Notes: generated by a model from the letters alone, not told the origin. A stretch of 64,000 bases of DNA from Candidatus Magasanikbacteria bacterium RIFCSPHIGHO2_02_FULL_48_18 (GCA_001784285.1 MFQC01000011.1:3640-67639), one strand, 5' to 3'; shown: positions 27,646-37,987, numbered from the stretch's first letter. Numbers and translations: made by a program.

Positions 27646-28428
27646 TCATATCTCATAGACACGCTCAACAACGGAAAAATCAGGAATCGTCCTTTCTGCA
27701 TGATACTCGACAAACTGGTGCGCGATCTTCTGTATTTTTGAACGTTCCGAGTCGTCAAGCGGCCATGACGCCAGCATTTCCCAGCTACCATTGATCATAC
27801 AGAGCATTGTATTCACATTTTTTTCATCACATGGCACGAGTCCCATAACCATTCCTTCATCCTTTGAGGCGCACAAAGGGCATACCATTCCTCCCTCGCG
27901 TATGGAAAAAAAACCGATCCCGTCTCTTGGCGTTTTCCAATGCTCTTGAATCATGGTGTGCATATCTTTTCCACAATGCATGCATGCCCCAAGCAATGGC
28001 CGAAAACCAAGACGATCAAAAAACCGCATAAGAAATGCATCAACCAAAAATGGATGTACCGCTGGCGCCGAATTCAAAAAAAGAAAAAACTCGCGAAAAA
28101 AAGAAAACAGCCCTGCGTCCCCCTGCCCGTCTTCGAGAACGCGATCAATAAGAGAAACAAGGTAGCCGGCAATAACGCGCTTGCGCATATCCGCCTGAAT
28201 CCCCTGAAAAAATATGATCGGTTGCACCTTGATCAGGTGAGATAATTCTTTTCCCGGCACAATCGTCAGATCAACGAAAGAGACAGGTTCAAGATGGCAA
28301 CCGTGCTTGCTTGTTATTTTTTTTACTCCCCGAGCAAGAACCTGTATTTTCCCCTGCTCAACCGTATACGCGGAAATAATTTGATCGTATTCTCGAAAGT
28401 CTTTTCTTGAAAGAATCAGAGATTGCAT
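27646..28428 (-). CDS. recO: DNA repair protein RecO
   Basis: MQSLILSRKDFREYDQIISAYTVEQGKI... and C-terminal Cys cluster. Confidence 0.75.
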   Translation of the reverse strand: MQSLILSRKDFREYDQIISAYTVEQGKIQVLARGVKKITSKHGCHLEPVSFVDLTIVPGKELSHLIKVQPIIFFQGIQADMRKRVIAGYLVSLIDRVLEDGQGDAGLFSFFREFFLFLNSAPAVHPFLVDAFLMRFFDRLGFRPLLGACMHCGKDMHTMIQEHWKTPRDGIGFFSIREGGMVCPLCASKDEGMVMGLVPCDEKNVNTMLCMINGSWEMLASWPLDDSERSKIQKIAHQFVEYHAERTIPDFSVVERVYEI

Positions 28429-28440
28429 ACCGCATCTGCG

Positions 28441-28824
28441 TCAACGCTTTCTTTGATCGAGATAGCTTTGTAAAATAACCATGGCGGATTTTTCATCACG
28501 GCTTGCCTCTCCGCCCATGGCATCCGCATACTGCGACGTAAGCCGCTCATCCATATAGTCGCAAGGTATATGGATAACCCGAGACACCGACGACCCAAAC
28601 TGTCGAACCACAGCCGTGTTGGCATTTTCCGATCCATCAAGCCCAAGAGGAAGACCAATCACAATTTTTCCAATGCGCTGATCGCGGACAAGCTGATCCA
28701 GATCACCTAATACCATCTCTTTTTTATTCATGAGAACACCAAAGGGGAGGACCACCCCCAAACCATCATCCACCCAAGCTAAACCGATTCGTTTTTGGCC
28801 GTAATCAATACCAAGAAGATTCAT
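28441..28824 (-). CDS. ruvX: Holliday junction resolvase-like protein YqgF/RuvX
   Basis: MNLLGIDYGQKRIGLAWVDD... Confidence 0.8.
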   Translation of the reverse strand: MNLLGIDYGQKRIGLAWVDDGLGVVLPFGVLMNKKEMVLGDLDQLVRDQRIGKIVIGLPLGLDGSENANTAVVRQFGSSVSRVIHIPCDYMDERLTSQYADAMGGEASRDEKSAMVILQSYLDQRKR

Positions 28825-28836
28825 AGAAATATCTCA

Positions 28837-29676
28837 TCATGTCATCGCATGTTTTTCTCCCGGCCGCCTCGTCACCACGACAGGCCCCCCTTCTGTTATG
28901 GCAATGGTGTGTTCAAAATGCGCACTCAAACTTTTATCTTGGGGCGAAATAGTCCATCCATCGGAAGCGGTTTCAATGAAACGGCTCCCCAAACTGATCA
29001 TGGGTTCTATAGCAATAACGACACCTGGCCGTATCACCCAACTCTCAAACTCAGCATCATAATAATTGGGTACGCGGGGTTCTTCGTGGACGCTGTGCCC
29101 CACGCCGTGGCCGACCAACTCTTCAATAATACCATAGGCGCCCTGCGAACGGACATACGCTTCAATAGCGCGGCCAATATCGGCGATGGTATTTCCCGGC
29201 CGGGTTTCCCGAATACCAACTTCCAATGCCTCCTGCGTCACCTCAATCAATTTCTGAACTTCTTTCGGAATGCCACCCACCGCAACGGTTATCGCTGTAT
29301 CAGTAAAGTATCCCCTGGACGCGCCGGCCGAAGCCCCAATGGCCGTCGGGACAGAAACGGGCCATTCCATGCCAATATCAATGCTGAAAATATCCCCTTC
29401 ATGAAGTATTTTTTCTTTCGTAGCGATGCCATGCACCAATTCATGATTGATTGAGGCGCAAATGGTCGAAGGAAAGGGAGGATCACTGGGACGTGTTTTA
29501 TATCCTTTAAATGCCGGCCGTCCACCCGCCGCGACAATCAAACGCTCCGCTGATTGGTCAATCTCAAAACAGGACACTCCGGGCCCGACCATATGCGTCA
29601 GCTGTTCAAGAATGGCGCCAAGAAGCGCGCCTCCTTCGACGATGAGTGCGATTTCTTGCGGTTTTTTGATATACAC
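28837..29676 (-). CDS. map: Methionine aminopeptidase type I
   Basis: ...FKGYKTRPSDPPFPSTICASINHELVHG...HGVGHSVHEEP... Confidence 0.85.
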   Translation of the reverse strand: MYIKKPQEIALIVEGGALLGAILEQLTHMVGPGVSCFEIDQSAERLIVAAGGRPAFKGYKTRPSDPPFPSTICASINHELVHGIATKEKILHEGDIFSIDIGMEWPVSVPTAIGASAGASRGYFTDTAITVAVGGIPKEVQKLIEVTQEALEVGIRETRPGNTIADIGRAIEAYVRSQGAYGIIEELVGHGVGHSVHEEPRVPNYYDAEFESWVIRPGVVIAIEPMISLGSRFIETASDGWTISPQDKSLSAHFEHTIAITEGGPVVVTRRPGEKHAMT

Positions 29677-29706
29677 AAAAAAAACTCAAAAATGAAAATG
29701 TAAAAG

Positions 29707-30378
29707 TCAAAGATGGGATGTCTCCAATATGTTTCTTACTTCTCTATCAACCACGTCAATCGGCCGTTCGCCATCAACGGAAACAAGCACACTCAAAGAC
29801 TCATAATACGCAATAATGGGCGAGAGCATCTGGTTTCCCTGTTTTTCCAGCCGCGCGGCGATAGTCTCGGGGGTGTCATCCGCGCGTACGACCAATACTC
29901 CCCCGCATTTCTCACAACGCTGTTTTTCCTCATTATCCGGAGCATACGGAATAATATGACCGCAGGCGGAACAAATTTTTCTTTTTGTCAGCCGTTTGAA
30001 AGCGGTATCATTCGAGAGTTTCATTTCAAACACAATCACGTCACCCGAAAGGCCGTGTCCGTCAAAAAATTTTTGATATGCTTCCGCTTGCATGACGCTC
30101 CGTATGGCGCCATCGAGCACGACGCCCTTTCCTTGCGCGAGCGATGCGTCAATGGCCCGAAATGCCAGCCGATAAATTAAGGCATCGGCGACCAATTTTC
30201 CTTCTTTCATGTCTTTGAGCATTTGGCGGTCTTCTGGATTTGCTCGCTGGTCCGCATCCAAGGCGCGGAGCAAATCACCGGTCGAGACGTGCGTATATCC
30301 GTACGTTTCGGCCAAGAGTCGCGCCTGCGTTCCTTTGCCGCTTCCCGGTATGCCAAGAAGAATAATGATTTTTTTCAT
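29707..30378 (-). CDS. adk: Adenylate kinase (Zn-finger lid type)
   Basis: MKKIIILLGIPGSGKGTQA P-loop. CSACGH...CEKCGG lid. Confidence 0.9.
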   Translation of the reverse strand: MKKIIILLGIPGSGKGTQARLLAETYGYTHVSTGDLLRALDADQRANPEDRQMLKDMKEGKLVADALIYRLAFRAIDASLAQGKGVVLDGAIRSVMQAEAYQKFFDGHGLSGDVIVFEMKLSNDTAFKRLTKRKICSACGHIIPYAPDNEEKQRCEKCGGVLVVRADDTPETIAARLEKQGNQMLSPIIAYYESLSVLVSVDGERPIDVVDREVRNILETSHL

Positions 30379-30396
30379 AACACCAATAACAAGGAC

Positions 30397-30708
30397 TTAT
30401 TGCTCAAATTTTTTAAAATACTCTTCAAAAATTTTCATCAATGACTGATAATCCGGAGAAGTAATTCTGCGCGTATTTTTGAGACGGCGGAGGGTCTCAT
30501 GAACCCGAAACAGCGATATGTTTCCATCTCCCATTCGCGCGCGAGCGAGCGCTTCCTCAACCGCTTGTTCCTCATGCGCGCGCAACGTTCGTATGGATGC
30601 GCGAGAAACAAGGCGCCGTATCTCCGCTTCGGGGAGAGGGTGCTGATCATGAGAATAGTGCGCGGCGTTTCCGGAAAATGCGCTTAAAAAATCTTGAAAA
30701 AGAGACAT
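30397..30708 (-). CDS. Hypothetical protein between secY and adk
   Basis: ORF only. Start ambiguous (30759 or 30708). Confidence 0.35.
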   Translation of the reverse strand: MSLFQDFLSAFSGNAAHYSHDQHPLPEAEIRRLVSRASIRTLRAHEEQAVEEALARARMGDGNISLFRVHETLRRLKNTRRITSPDYQSLMKIFEEYFKKFEQ

Positions 30709-30824
30709 AGAGCCGATGTGATATGCGCGTACTATAGCAAAAGCAATCGTCCCAATCAACAGAAAAAGCCTTTATGATAAAGGCTTTTCTTCAAAAAACA
30801 AAGGAAATGCCGGAGAAAAACCAT

Positions 30825-32117
30825 TTAGACGTGGTCATATTTATGCATGGTGACCTGCGCTTCGATTTGTTTTGTGGTTTCAATCGCCACGCTTACCACG
30901 ATCAAAAGACTGGTTCCCCCAATAACCAGGGATTGGGAATCGGTGAAGAAGCGCATCAATAACGGAAGGACCGCGATCGCGCCCAAAAACAGAGCACCGG
31001 GAAACACCAGCTTTTGCATTGTTTTTGACAGATATTCTTCTGTTTGTTTTCCCGGACGGATTCCCGGGATAAACCCGCCTTGGCGCTGAAGATTTTCAGC
31101 GATTTTCTCGGGTTTGAAAATAACCGCAGTATAAAAATAGGTAAAACCGAATACCAGAACAAAATAGAGAACCGCATAAAAGAGCTGGTTGTTGAAAAGG
31201 CGAATCACGCCCCCGGCAATCTGTGCCGACCACCCGGCGCCATTGACAAAAAATTGCGCAATCACCGATGGAAAAAGAATAATGGAAATGGCGAAAATAA
31301 TCGGAATAACCCCTGCCATATTGACTCTCAAGGGGAGATGAGACTGCGCGCCGCCTTGCGTGCGCAATCCTCGTATTTGTTTTGCGTACGTGATCGGGAT
31401 ATTTCGTTGTCCTTCGGAAATAATCACCACGCCAACGACGGTCAAAAGCGCAATGCCAATAAACAAGAGATACTGGAATAAATCAGAGGGAATATAGTTG
31501 ACAATGGCATTGCGCACCGCGGTCGGAAGGGCCGCGACGATACCTGCAAAAATAAGCAAAGAAATGCCGTTTCCAATATTTTTTTCCGTGATGAGTTCGC
31601 CAATCCACATGAGAAAAATGGTTCCCGCGGTGACAGAAATGAGAATGGCGACAAATGAAAAAGTTTGGACATTTGTCAGGATATCGCCCTGTGATTGGCG
31701 AAGCAGTTGAATAAGGCCAAACGCCTGAAGAAGGGCGAGAGGAATCGTGGACAAGCGCGTATATTGATTGATTTTTTGCTGTCCGCTTTCCCCTTCTTTG
31801 GATAACTCCTCGAGTTGCGGAACCACCATGACCAGCAATTGAAAAATAATGGATGCCGTAATGTACGGGGCCACGCCAAGCATGACAAGAGAAAAATTTT
31901 CAATAGTGCCGCCGGAAAAAATGTTCAACAGCCCCAAAATTTGGTTGCCGGACAAAAATGCCTGCAAATTTTCTGGGTTAATTCCCGGGACGGGAATATG
32001 CGCCGCAACGCGAAAAATAACAAGCATGCCCAACACAAACAATACTTTCTGTCGGATATCTTTGATCATCCAAATCTGGCGCAATTTATCCCACATAGCA
32101 ATAGGTTTAAAAGACAA
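30825..32117 (-). CDS. secY: Preprotein translocase SecY
   Basis: 10-TM pattern, ...GIPGSGKGT-like SecY loops (VPGINPEN...). Confidence 0.85.
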   Translation of the reverse strand: MSFKPIAMWDKLRQIWMIKDIRQKVLFVLGMLVIFRVAAHIPVPGINPENLQAFLSGNQILGLLNIFSGGTIENFSLVMLGVAPYITASIIFQLLVMVVPQLEELSKEGESGQQKINQYTRLSTIPLALLQAFGLIQLLRQSQGDILTNVQTFSFVAILISVTAGTIFLMWIGELITEKNIGNGISLLIFAGIVAALPTAVRNAIVNYIPSDLFQYLLFIGIALLTVVGVVIISEGQRNIPITYAKQIRGLRTQGGAQSHLPLRVNMAGVIPIIFAISIILFPSVIAQFFVNGAGWSAQIAGGVIRLFNNQLFYAVLYFVLVFGFTYFYTAVIFKPEKIAENLQRQGGFIPGIRPGKQTEEYLSKTMQKLVFPGALFLGAIAVLPLLMRFFTDSQSLVIGGTSLLIVVSVAIETTKQIEAQVTMHKYDHV

Positions 32118-32550
32118 CCTTGCCTCCCGCCTTTTCTATCAATGTTATCGCTTTTTTACTGAGAAGACAATCGCGAACCGTGACCGCATGCGTCAAAGTG
32201 CCGGTCGCAACAATTTTGACGCCCCGATCGGCCCGCGCAATCAATCTTTTTTCTTTGAGCGTTTGCGGAGACACGACGTCGTTCAAAACGGTTTTCTTTT
32301 CCAGGACCGATAACGAAATAGTCTGCTTTGGCACAAAAGCACTGTGGAATCCTCGCGATTTGGGAACCTTTTGCAAGGCTTTTTTGAATCCTCGTCTTTG
32401 CCCGCCGGCTTTTCCGCCGGAACGAGCGCGCTGGCCTTTCAATCCTCGGGCTGAATAGGTGCCCTTTCCGGATGAATTGCCACGTCCCACTCTTTTGGTT
32501 TTCCGTTTGGAGCCTTGCGCAGGATGAATTGTGTGTGCTTGAAGAGTCAT
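32107..32550 (-). CDS. rplO: 50S ribosomal protein L15
   Basis: KRVGRGNSSGKGTYSARGLKGQ... Confidence 0.85.
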   Translation of the reverse strand: MTLQAHTIHPAQGSKRKTKRVGRGNSSGKGTYSARGLKGQRARSGGKAGGQRRGFKKALQKVPKSRGFHSAFVPKQTISLSVLEKKTVLNDVVSPQTLKEKRLIARADRGVKIVATGTLTHAVTVRDCLLSKKAITLIEKAGGKVVF

Positions 32551-32556
32551 ACGTCC

Positions 32557-33219
32557 TTATGATGCGTCAGGAGATGGCGCCTTTTTTTCTAAAACTGATT
32601 TCTTGGTTGTTTTTTTGGATTGTTGGTCCGCGTTCTTCGGTGGGACATCTTGCTTTGACGCAACGGCAAGTACGGCAGGCCCAGCCGTGCTCGGACGGCC
32701 GCGAAGCGACCGAACGGCTTCTGGTTTGAACAATGACAGCGCTTTAAATGCCGCTTTGATATTGGTGATTTTATTGTTGGTCTTCCCCAAAATTTTTGAC
32801 ACGGCATTCGGCACACCGGCAAGTTCGAGAATGGTGCGAACAGAACTCCCCGCGATAATCCCCGACCCGCGAGGCGCCGGCTTAATCATGATCTTGGCCG
32901 CTTTGAATTTTGCTTCCACGCGATGAGGAATCGTATCGCGGACAATGGGAATGGAAAACAAATTTTTCTTTGCTTGATTCACGGCTTTTTCTACCGCGAT
33001 CTGCACGTCTTTCCCTTTTTCAACGCCATATCCCACCCGCCCTTTTCGGTCCCCAATCAAAACACACGCGCGAAAGCTCAGTTGCTTTCCTCCGGCAGTG
33101 ACACGTGTGACACGCGCCAAATCCACAATATTCTGGTCAAACTCAGGTTTTTCTTTTTTCGCAAAAAATTTTCCTCGTTCTTTTCCCTTTTCCATACGCA
33201 CATGGGTCTCAACGACCAT
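32557..33219 (-). CDS. rpsE: 30S ribosomal protein S5 (adjacent to L15; no L30 gene between)
   Basis: ...RVTRVTAGGKQLSFRACVLIGDRKGRVGYG... Confidence 0.85.
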   Translation of the reverse strand: MVVETHVRMEKGKERGKFFAKKEKPEFDQNIVDLARVTRVTAGGKQLSFRACVLIGDRKGRVGYGVEKGKDVQIAVEKAVNQAKKNLFSIPIVRDTIPHRVEAKFKAAKIMIKPAPRGSGIIAGSSVRTILELAGVPNAVSKILGKTNNKITNIKAAFKALSLFKPEAVRSLRGRPSTAGPAVLAVASKQDVPPKNADQQSKKTTKKSVLEKKAPSPDAS

Positions 33220-33232
33220 TAATAATACGAGA

Positions 33233-33610
33233 TTAAAAAACTAAACCGCCATCACGCGCGCCGTCCGCCGCGGCCTTCACACGGCCATGATAGCGATATC
33301 CGCCGCGATCAAACACAATTTCCCGGATGCCAAGAACGGCCGCTTTTGCCGCGAGAGCCTTGCCCAAAAGATAACTCTCCGCAATTTTCCCTTTCCGATC
33401 ACCTGCATCATTGTTTCCGGCAATATCCTTTTTAGTATGCGCGCTTGCCAGGGTTTTTCCGTTCGCATCGTCAATCAGCTGAAGAAACAGAGAATAATTG
33501 CTTCGAAATACCGAAAGACGCGGACGTTCGGCAGTGCCGTGCACGGTGGCGCGAATGCGACGACGGCGACGGGCTCGCTGGAGAGATGGATTTGTGGTTG
33601 CATGACTCAT
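33233..33610 (-). CDS. rplR: 50S ribosomal protein L18
   Basis: RARRRRRIRATVHGTAERPRLSVFRSN... Confidence 0.8.
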   Translation of the reverse strand: MSHATTNPSLQRARRRRRIRATVHGTAERPRLSVFRSNYSLFLQLIDDANGKTLASAHTKKDIAGNNDAGDRKGKIAESYLLGKALAAKAAVLGIREIVFDRGGYRYHGRVKAAADGARDGGLVF

Positions 33611-33637
33611 ATATGCCTGAAAAAAGGGAATCAACGA

Positions 33638-34183
33638 TTAACTGGATGACTTTGCTGTCTTCCCGGCTTTGCGACGAATAGTTTCTTCGACATATTTAAT
33701 ACCTTTTCCTTTATATGGCTCCGGCTTTCTGACCGAGCGGATTTTTGCCGCGGTTTGCCCCAAGAGTTCTTTATCAGTGCTCACAAGCGTCATCATATTT
33801 TTTTCCACAGAAGCAGTAACACCCTCCGGAATGGCAAAAATAACCGGATGAGAAAAACCTACTTCTATTTTTAAATCTTTTCCCTGCATCGCCACGCGAT
33901 ACCCGACGCCATTAATTTCCAATTTTTGAGAAAATCCATTGGTTACACCCACAATCATATTTTTCAGATGAGATGCGTATGTTCCCCACAGCGCGGCCTG
34001 GTTTTTGATCGTGGCATCGTCGACCGTGACACGCGCGCCCTCGTCAGCCACCGTCACATGCACGGTTGGGGGGAACGGCCGGCTCAATGAGCCTTTTGGA
34101 CCTTTCACGGTCACAGTGCCATTCTGAAACGACACGGTAGTGCCGGTTGGGAGCGCCATAAGTTGTTTTCCAATACGGGACAT
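33638..34183 (-). CDS. rplF: 50S ribosomal protein L6
   Basis: MSRIGKQLMALPTGTTVSFQNGTVTVKGPKG... Confidence 0.85.
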   Translation of the reverse strand: MSRIGKQLMALPTGTTVSFQNGTVTVKGPKGSLSRPFPPTVHVTVADEGARVTVDDATIKNQAALWGTYASHLKNMIVGVTNGFSQKLEINGVGYRVAMQGKDLKIEVGFSHPVIFAIPEGVTASVEKNMMTLVSTDKELLGQTAAKIRSVRKPEPYKGKGIKYVEETIRRKAGKTAKSSS

Positions 34184-34214
34184 AGAACCACGAAAGTAAT
34201 CACGAATTAAAACA

Positions 34215-34604
34215 CTAAAAAACAGAACACAACAATTCGCCGCCAATGCCTTTTTCACGAGCCATTTTATTCGTCATGATGCCATAAGAGGTTGACACAA
34301 TGGCAATGCCATACCCATTCAAGACGTTGGGCAATTCTTTGGCTTTTTGATATTTTCGATGACCCGGAGCGCTCTCTCGCTTGATGGATTGAATCGCAGG
34401 CCGTTTTCCATAATACTTCAAGGTCAACAAAAGCACCGCAGGCTTCGCCTCTTTTTTTTCAACGCCTTCGATATACCCTTCTTCCAATAAGATATGCGCA
34501 ATGGCTTCTTTGGTTTTGGAAAGAGGAATTTCTACACGATCTTTCCGCGCCATCTGGGCATTTCGAATGCGGGTGAGCATGTCAGCGATGGGATCCGTCA
34601 TCAT
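34215..34604 (-). CDS. rpsH: 30S ribosomal protein S8
   Basis: MMTDPIADMLTRIRNAQMARKDRVEIP... Confidence 0.85.
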   Translation of the reverse strand: MMTDPIADMLTRIRNAQMARKDRVEIPLSKTKEAIAHILLEEGYIEGVEKKEAKPAVLLLTLKYYGKRPAIQSIKRESAPGHRKYQKAKELPNVLNGYGIAIVSTSYGIMTNKMAREKGIGGELLCSVF

Positions 34605-34641
34605 AATAATAGTGTGCTTATAATACAATATTCTCAAGAGA

Positions 34642-34749
34642 ATGTGCGAACATACGAACAGTACGCCTGCCTGCCGGCAGGCAGGAACGTACGAACAAAT
34701 GTTGATCAAAATTTCGTATTTTCGTAATTTTCGTATGTTCGTACATATC
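34642..34749. repeat. TTCGTA-repeat palindromic element, copy B (rpsN-rpsH spacer) with central perfect palindrome CCTGCCTGCCGGCAGGCAGG
   Basis: Arms ATGTGCGAACATACGAACAGTACG / CGTAATTTTCGTATGTTCGTACATAT. About 40-nt module matches copy A (19791-19881) in inverted orientation. Confidence 0.55.
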
Positions 34750-34935
34750 TCACCAGCTTGATTTTCGAACGCCCGGCAATTTTCCGTCGTTCGCCAATTC
34801 TCGAAAGCAAATACGGCACAATCCGAACTTTCGCATAAATGAACGCTTTCTGCCGCACTTCCAGCACCGTCGAACAAGGCGAGTGGAAAATTTTGGTTTT
34901 CTTTTTGATTTTACAATTTGTGCTTGCGTTGCCAT
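34750..34935 (-). CDS. rpsN: 30S ribosomal protein S14, Zn-binding type Z
   Basis: 61 aa. CWKCGRK...CRICFRE. Confidence 0.85.
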   Translation of the reverse strand: MATQAQIVKSKRKPKFSTRLVRRCWKCGRKRSFMRKFGLCRICFRELANDGKLPGVRKSSW

Positions 34936-34956
34936 ACGATAAAAAACGTCAAATAA

Positions 34957-35514
34957 TCAGGCCGTTTTCCCACTTTCTTGAATCGGCATACCCAATGCTT
35001 TCAACAATGCCCGGCCCTCGTCGTTTGTTTTTGCATTTGTGACAATAGTAATTTCAAGGCCATGAATATGCTCCAAGAGATCAGCAGAAATTTCAGGGAA
35101 TGCAATAACTTCTTTGAGTCCGATGCTGAAATTTCCTTTGGAATCAAACGCCTTTGGAGACAATCCTCGAAAATCGCGCACGCGGGGAAGCGCAAGATGG
35201 ATAAGCCGGTACAAAAAATCATACATGCGATCACCTCGCAACAGAACCGATACGCCCACATTCATGCCTTTGCGCGTTTTAAAGTTGGAAATAGATTTCT
35301 TTGCCGCGTTATGAACCGGTTTTTGCCCGGTGATTGTCGCAAGATTTTTTTCGATAAGGTCAATAAAAGATTTGTCTTTCACATGACGCCCATACCCAAC
35401 ATTGACCACCACTTTTTGCACGCGGGGAACTTGCATGACGCTCGCGTACCCAAACTGCGCTTTCAGCGATGGCACAACCTGTGTTTTGTATTGTCTATAT
35501 AACGGAGATGGCAT
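34957..35514 (-). CDS. rplE: 50S ribosomal protein L5
   Basis: ...VMQVPRVQKVVVNVGYG... Confidence 0.85.
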   Translation of the reverse strand: MPSPLYRQYKTQVVPSLKAQFGYASVMQVPRVQKVVVNVGYGRHVKDKSFIDLIEKNLATITGQKPVHNAAKKSISNFKTRKGMNVGVSVLLRGDRMYDFLYRLIHLALPRVRDFRGLSPKAFDSKGNFSIGLKEVIAFPEISADLLEHIHGLEITIVTNAKTNDEGRALLKALGMPIQESGKTA

Positions 35515-35531
35515 ACAACGATTCAAGAAAC

Positions 35532-35855
35532 CTATAGGTCAATAAATTCGCCGCTTTTTTTCGCAATTCTTTTTTTGTCACTTCCTTCTTTTTTGTATCC
35601 AATGCGGGTAGTTGTTCCTGTTTTGGGATCAAGAAGAAGGACATTGCTGTGATCAATCGGCGCAGGCAACTCAATAATCTGTCCCTTCTGACCTCGGTCG
35701 CGCGGACGAAGATGTTTCTTCAAAAGGTTGGCACCTTCAACCACAACAGACACCCGCCCGTTCCGTTTGTTGGCCAATACTTGGATGACTTTTCCGGTTT
35801 TCCCCCGATCTTTCCCGGAAAGAATCTTTACATTGTCGCCTGTTTTTATTTTCAT
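35532..35855 (-). CDS. rplX: 50S ribosomal protein L24
   Basis: MKIKTGDNVKILSGKDRGKTGKV... Confidence 0.85.
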   Translation of the reverse strand: MKIKTGDNVKILSGKDRGKTGKVIQVLANKRNGRVSVVVEGANLLKKHLRPRDRGQKGQIIELPAPIDHSNVLLLDPKTGTTTRIGYKKEGSDKKRIAKKSGEFIDL

Positions 35856-35930
35856 AATGCTTCATTCAGAGTGTGGAGTTCTTCGTCCAGAGTCCGTTCA
35901 GTTTCCTACAGACGTTGAACGATACACTGA

Positions 35931-36302
35931 TTACAATACTTCCGGAGCCAAAGAAATAATCTTTTGATACCCTTTGGCGCGGAGTTCGCGCGCAATCGGT
36001 CCAAAAATACGCGTCGCTTTCGGTTCTTTGTTTTTTTTATCAATGACGACGGCGGCATTTTCATCAAAACGAATATACGTCCCGTCTTTTCGCCGCAATT
36101 CCTTTCGTTGTCGAACAATGACGGCATGCACCACGTCGCCTTTCTTGATTGGAGCGCGCGGATCCGCCTGCTTGACAGCGCAGGTGATAATATCGCCAAT
36201 CATGGCATACCGTTTTTTGTAGCCTCCGAGAACGCGGATACACATCAATTTTTTTGCGCCCGAATTATCCGCAACAGTCAGCATTGTTCTGTGTTGAATC
36301 AT
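35931..36302 (-). CDS. rplN: 50S ribosomal protein L14
   Basis: [27 protein letters not shown]... Confidence 0.9.
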   Translation of the reverse strand: MIQHRTMLTVADNSGAKKLMCIRVLGGYKKRYAMIGDIITCAVKQADPRAPIKKGDVVHAVIVRQRKELRRKDGTYIRFDENAAVVIDKKNKEPKATRIFGPIARELRAKGYQKIISLAPEVL

Positions 36303-36308
36303 AGACGT

Positions 36309-36575
36309 CTAAGAACGAATAATCTGCTTCAGATACCAACGTTTTGTTTTGCTCAAGGGACGGCATTCCTCAAATACAACGGTATCGCCGAGAGCCGCTT
36401 GTTTTTTTTCGTCATGCACCGCGTATGTTTTGGTGGTATCAAAATGCTTCCGATATTTGGGATGCAGTTTCTGAACCGTTACGGCCACATGAATCGTTTT
36501 ATCTTCTTTGGCACTCACCACAACGCCCGTAAACATTCGATGCATTTTTGGGGATTGTTTCTGGGATACTGTCAT
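36309..36575 (-). CDS. rpsQ: 30S ribosomal protein S17
   Basis: ...FTGVVVSAKEDKTIHVAV... Confidence 0.85.
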   Translation of the reverse strand: MTVSQKQSPKMHRMFTGVVVSAKEDKTIHVAVTVQKLHPKYRKHFDTTKTYAVHDEKKQAALGDTVVFEECRPLSKTKRWYLKQIIRS

Positions 36576-36592
36576 AGAACTATCAGGTTGAT

Positions 36593-36805
36593 TTATCGGC
36601 TGGTATCGCCGATGTTTTGCTGTTGTTTATTATGGAGCACAGTCGAAATTTGACCGATGTCCTTTCGTGTTTTTCGAATTGCGCGCACATTATGGAGTTG
36701 GCGTTGAAATACTTTCATTCTCAATGCGTGGAGCTCCTTCTGTTTCTCTTCTACAAGAAGAGAAAGCTCTTGCTCGGTTTTTTGAATTAACTCTTTCACA
36801 TCCAT
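36593..36805 (-). CDS. rpmC: 50S ribosomal protein L29
   Basis: MDVKELIQKTEQELSLLVEEKQKELHALRMK... Confidence 0.8.
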   Translation of the reverse strand: MDVKELIQKTEQELSLLVEEKQKELHALRMKVFQRQLHNVRAIRKTRKDIGQISTVLHNKQQQNIGDTSR

Positions 36806-36816
36806 ACGGCGAACAA

Positions 36817-37230
36817 TTATTTTTTATCAACGACTTTTGATTTCACGGATAATTTATGCCCTGCCAATTTCAGCGCCTCCGTTGCGTTTTTAGGGGAAAT
36901 ACCGCCGATTTCAAACATGATACTGCCCGGCTTTATGGTGCACACGTACTGTTCCGGAGCGCCTTTTCCTCCACCCATGGGCAATTCGTTTCCCTTTTTG
37001 GTAATGGGGCGATCAGGAAAAATGCGAATCCATACTTTTCCTCCGCGACGCACATATCGTGTCAGCACCCGGCGGGCGGCTTCAATCTGGCGGGATGTCA
37101 CCCACCCGTGGGACTGCGCCGATAATCCAAAATCGCCAAACGCAACAGAGGTAAAACGAGTTGCAACCCCTTGTCCTCTGCGACGGAGCTTGTGCCATTT
37201 TCTGTGTTTGACTTTTTTTGGTAACAACAT
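36817..37230 (-). CDS. rplP: 50S ribosomal protein L16
   Basis: [20 protein letters not shown]... Confidence 0.9.
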   Translation of the reverse strand: MLLPKKVKHRKWHKLRRRGQGVATRFTSVAFGDFGLSAQSHGWVTSRQIEAARRVLTRYVRRGGKVWIRIFPDRPITKKGNELPMGGGKGAPEQYVCTIKPGSIMFEIGGISPKNATEALKLAGHKLSVKSKVVDKK

Positions 37231-37245
37231 ACAAACGCGTGAGAA

Positions 37246-37971
37246 TTATTCGTGATGCTCTTTTGCACGAATCCGGGTTCGTTTCTTTTTTTCCGGTTCT
37301 TTTTCTTCTCCCCCTTGTTTTTCAAATATATCTTTTCGGCCAAACACCTCTCCTTGGTACACCCATACCTTCACGCCAATTTTTCCATAAATCGTATTTG
37401 CTTCGACAAAGCCATAATCCACGTCGCTTCGCAGGGTGATCAGCGGAATTTTTCCCATGGAGAGCGTTTCTTCGCGGGCAATTTCAACACCATTCAACCG
37501 GCCGGACATTTGAATTTTAATACCACGGGCTCCAGCCTTCATGGTGCGCTCAATGGCTTGCTTCATCACGCGACGAAAGGGAATGCGGCGTTCTGTCTCA
37601 GAGGCGATACCTTGGGCGACAATCCTGGGCGACAACGCGGGGGATCGGACTTCTTGAACGTTGAGCTTCGCCTTCGTCGACATTTTTAAAATTGAGCGTT
37701 CAATATACTTGCGGACTTCGTCAAGCCCCTTTCCGCCGCGGCCAATAATAAATCCTGGTTTTGCGGCAAAAAGCGTAATGGTCATATTTTTGGGACCGCG
37801 TTCAACACTCACACTATCAATATGCGCGTCTTTGAATTTACGCGCCAAATACTCGCGGATCAAAATATCTTGCTCGGCGCACGCCGCATAATTTTTTCTG
37901 GAAAACCATTTTGAATCCCACGTATAAATAATCTGCGTTCGATGGATTCTTGGATGCACTTTATGTCCCAT
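37246..37971 (-). CDS. rpsC: 30S ribosomal protein S3
   Basis: MGHKVHPRIHRTQIIYTWDSKWF... KH domain. Confidence 0.9.
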   Translation of the reverse strand: MGHKVHPRIHRTQIIYTWDSKWFSRKNYAACAEQDILIREYLARKFKDAHIDSVSVERGPKNMTITLFAAKPGFIIGRGGKGLDEVRKYIERSILKMSTKAKLNVQEVRSPALSPRIVAQGIASETERRIPFRRVMKQAIERTMKAGARGIKIQMSGRLNGVEIAREETLSMGKIPLITLRSDVDYGFVEANTIYGKIGVKVWVYQGEVFGRKDIFEKQGGEEKEPEKKKRTRIRAKEHHE

Positions 37972-37987
37972 ATCATGAATATCAAAA

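Noticed and set aside
35964-36653. 229-aa plus-strand ORF and other plus ORFs across 32-43 kb
   Set aside because: Antisense to the contiguous ribosomal-protein genes.
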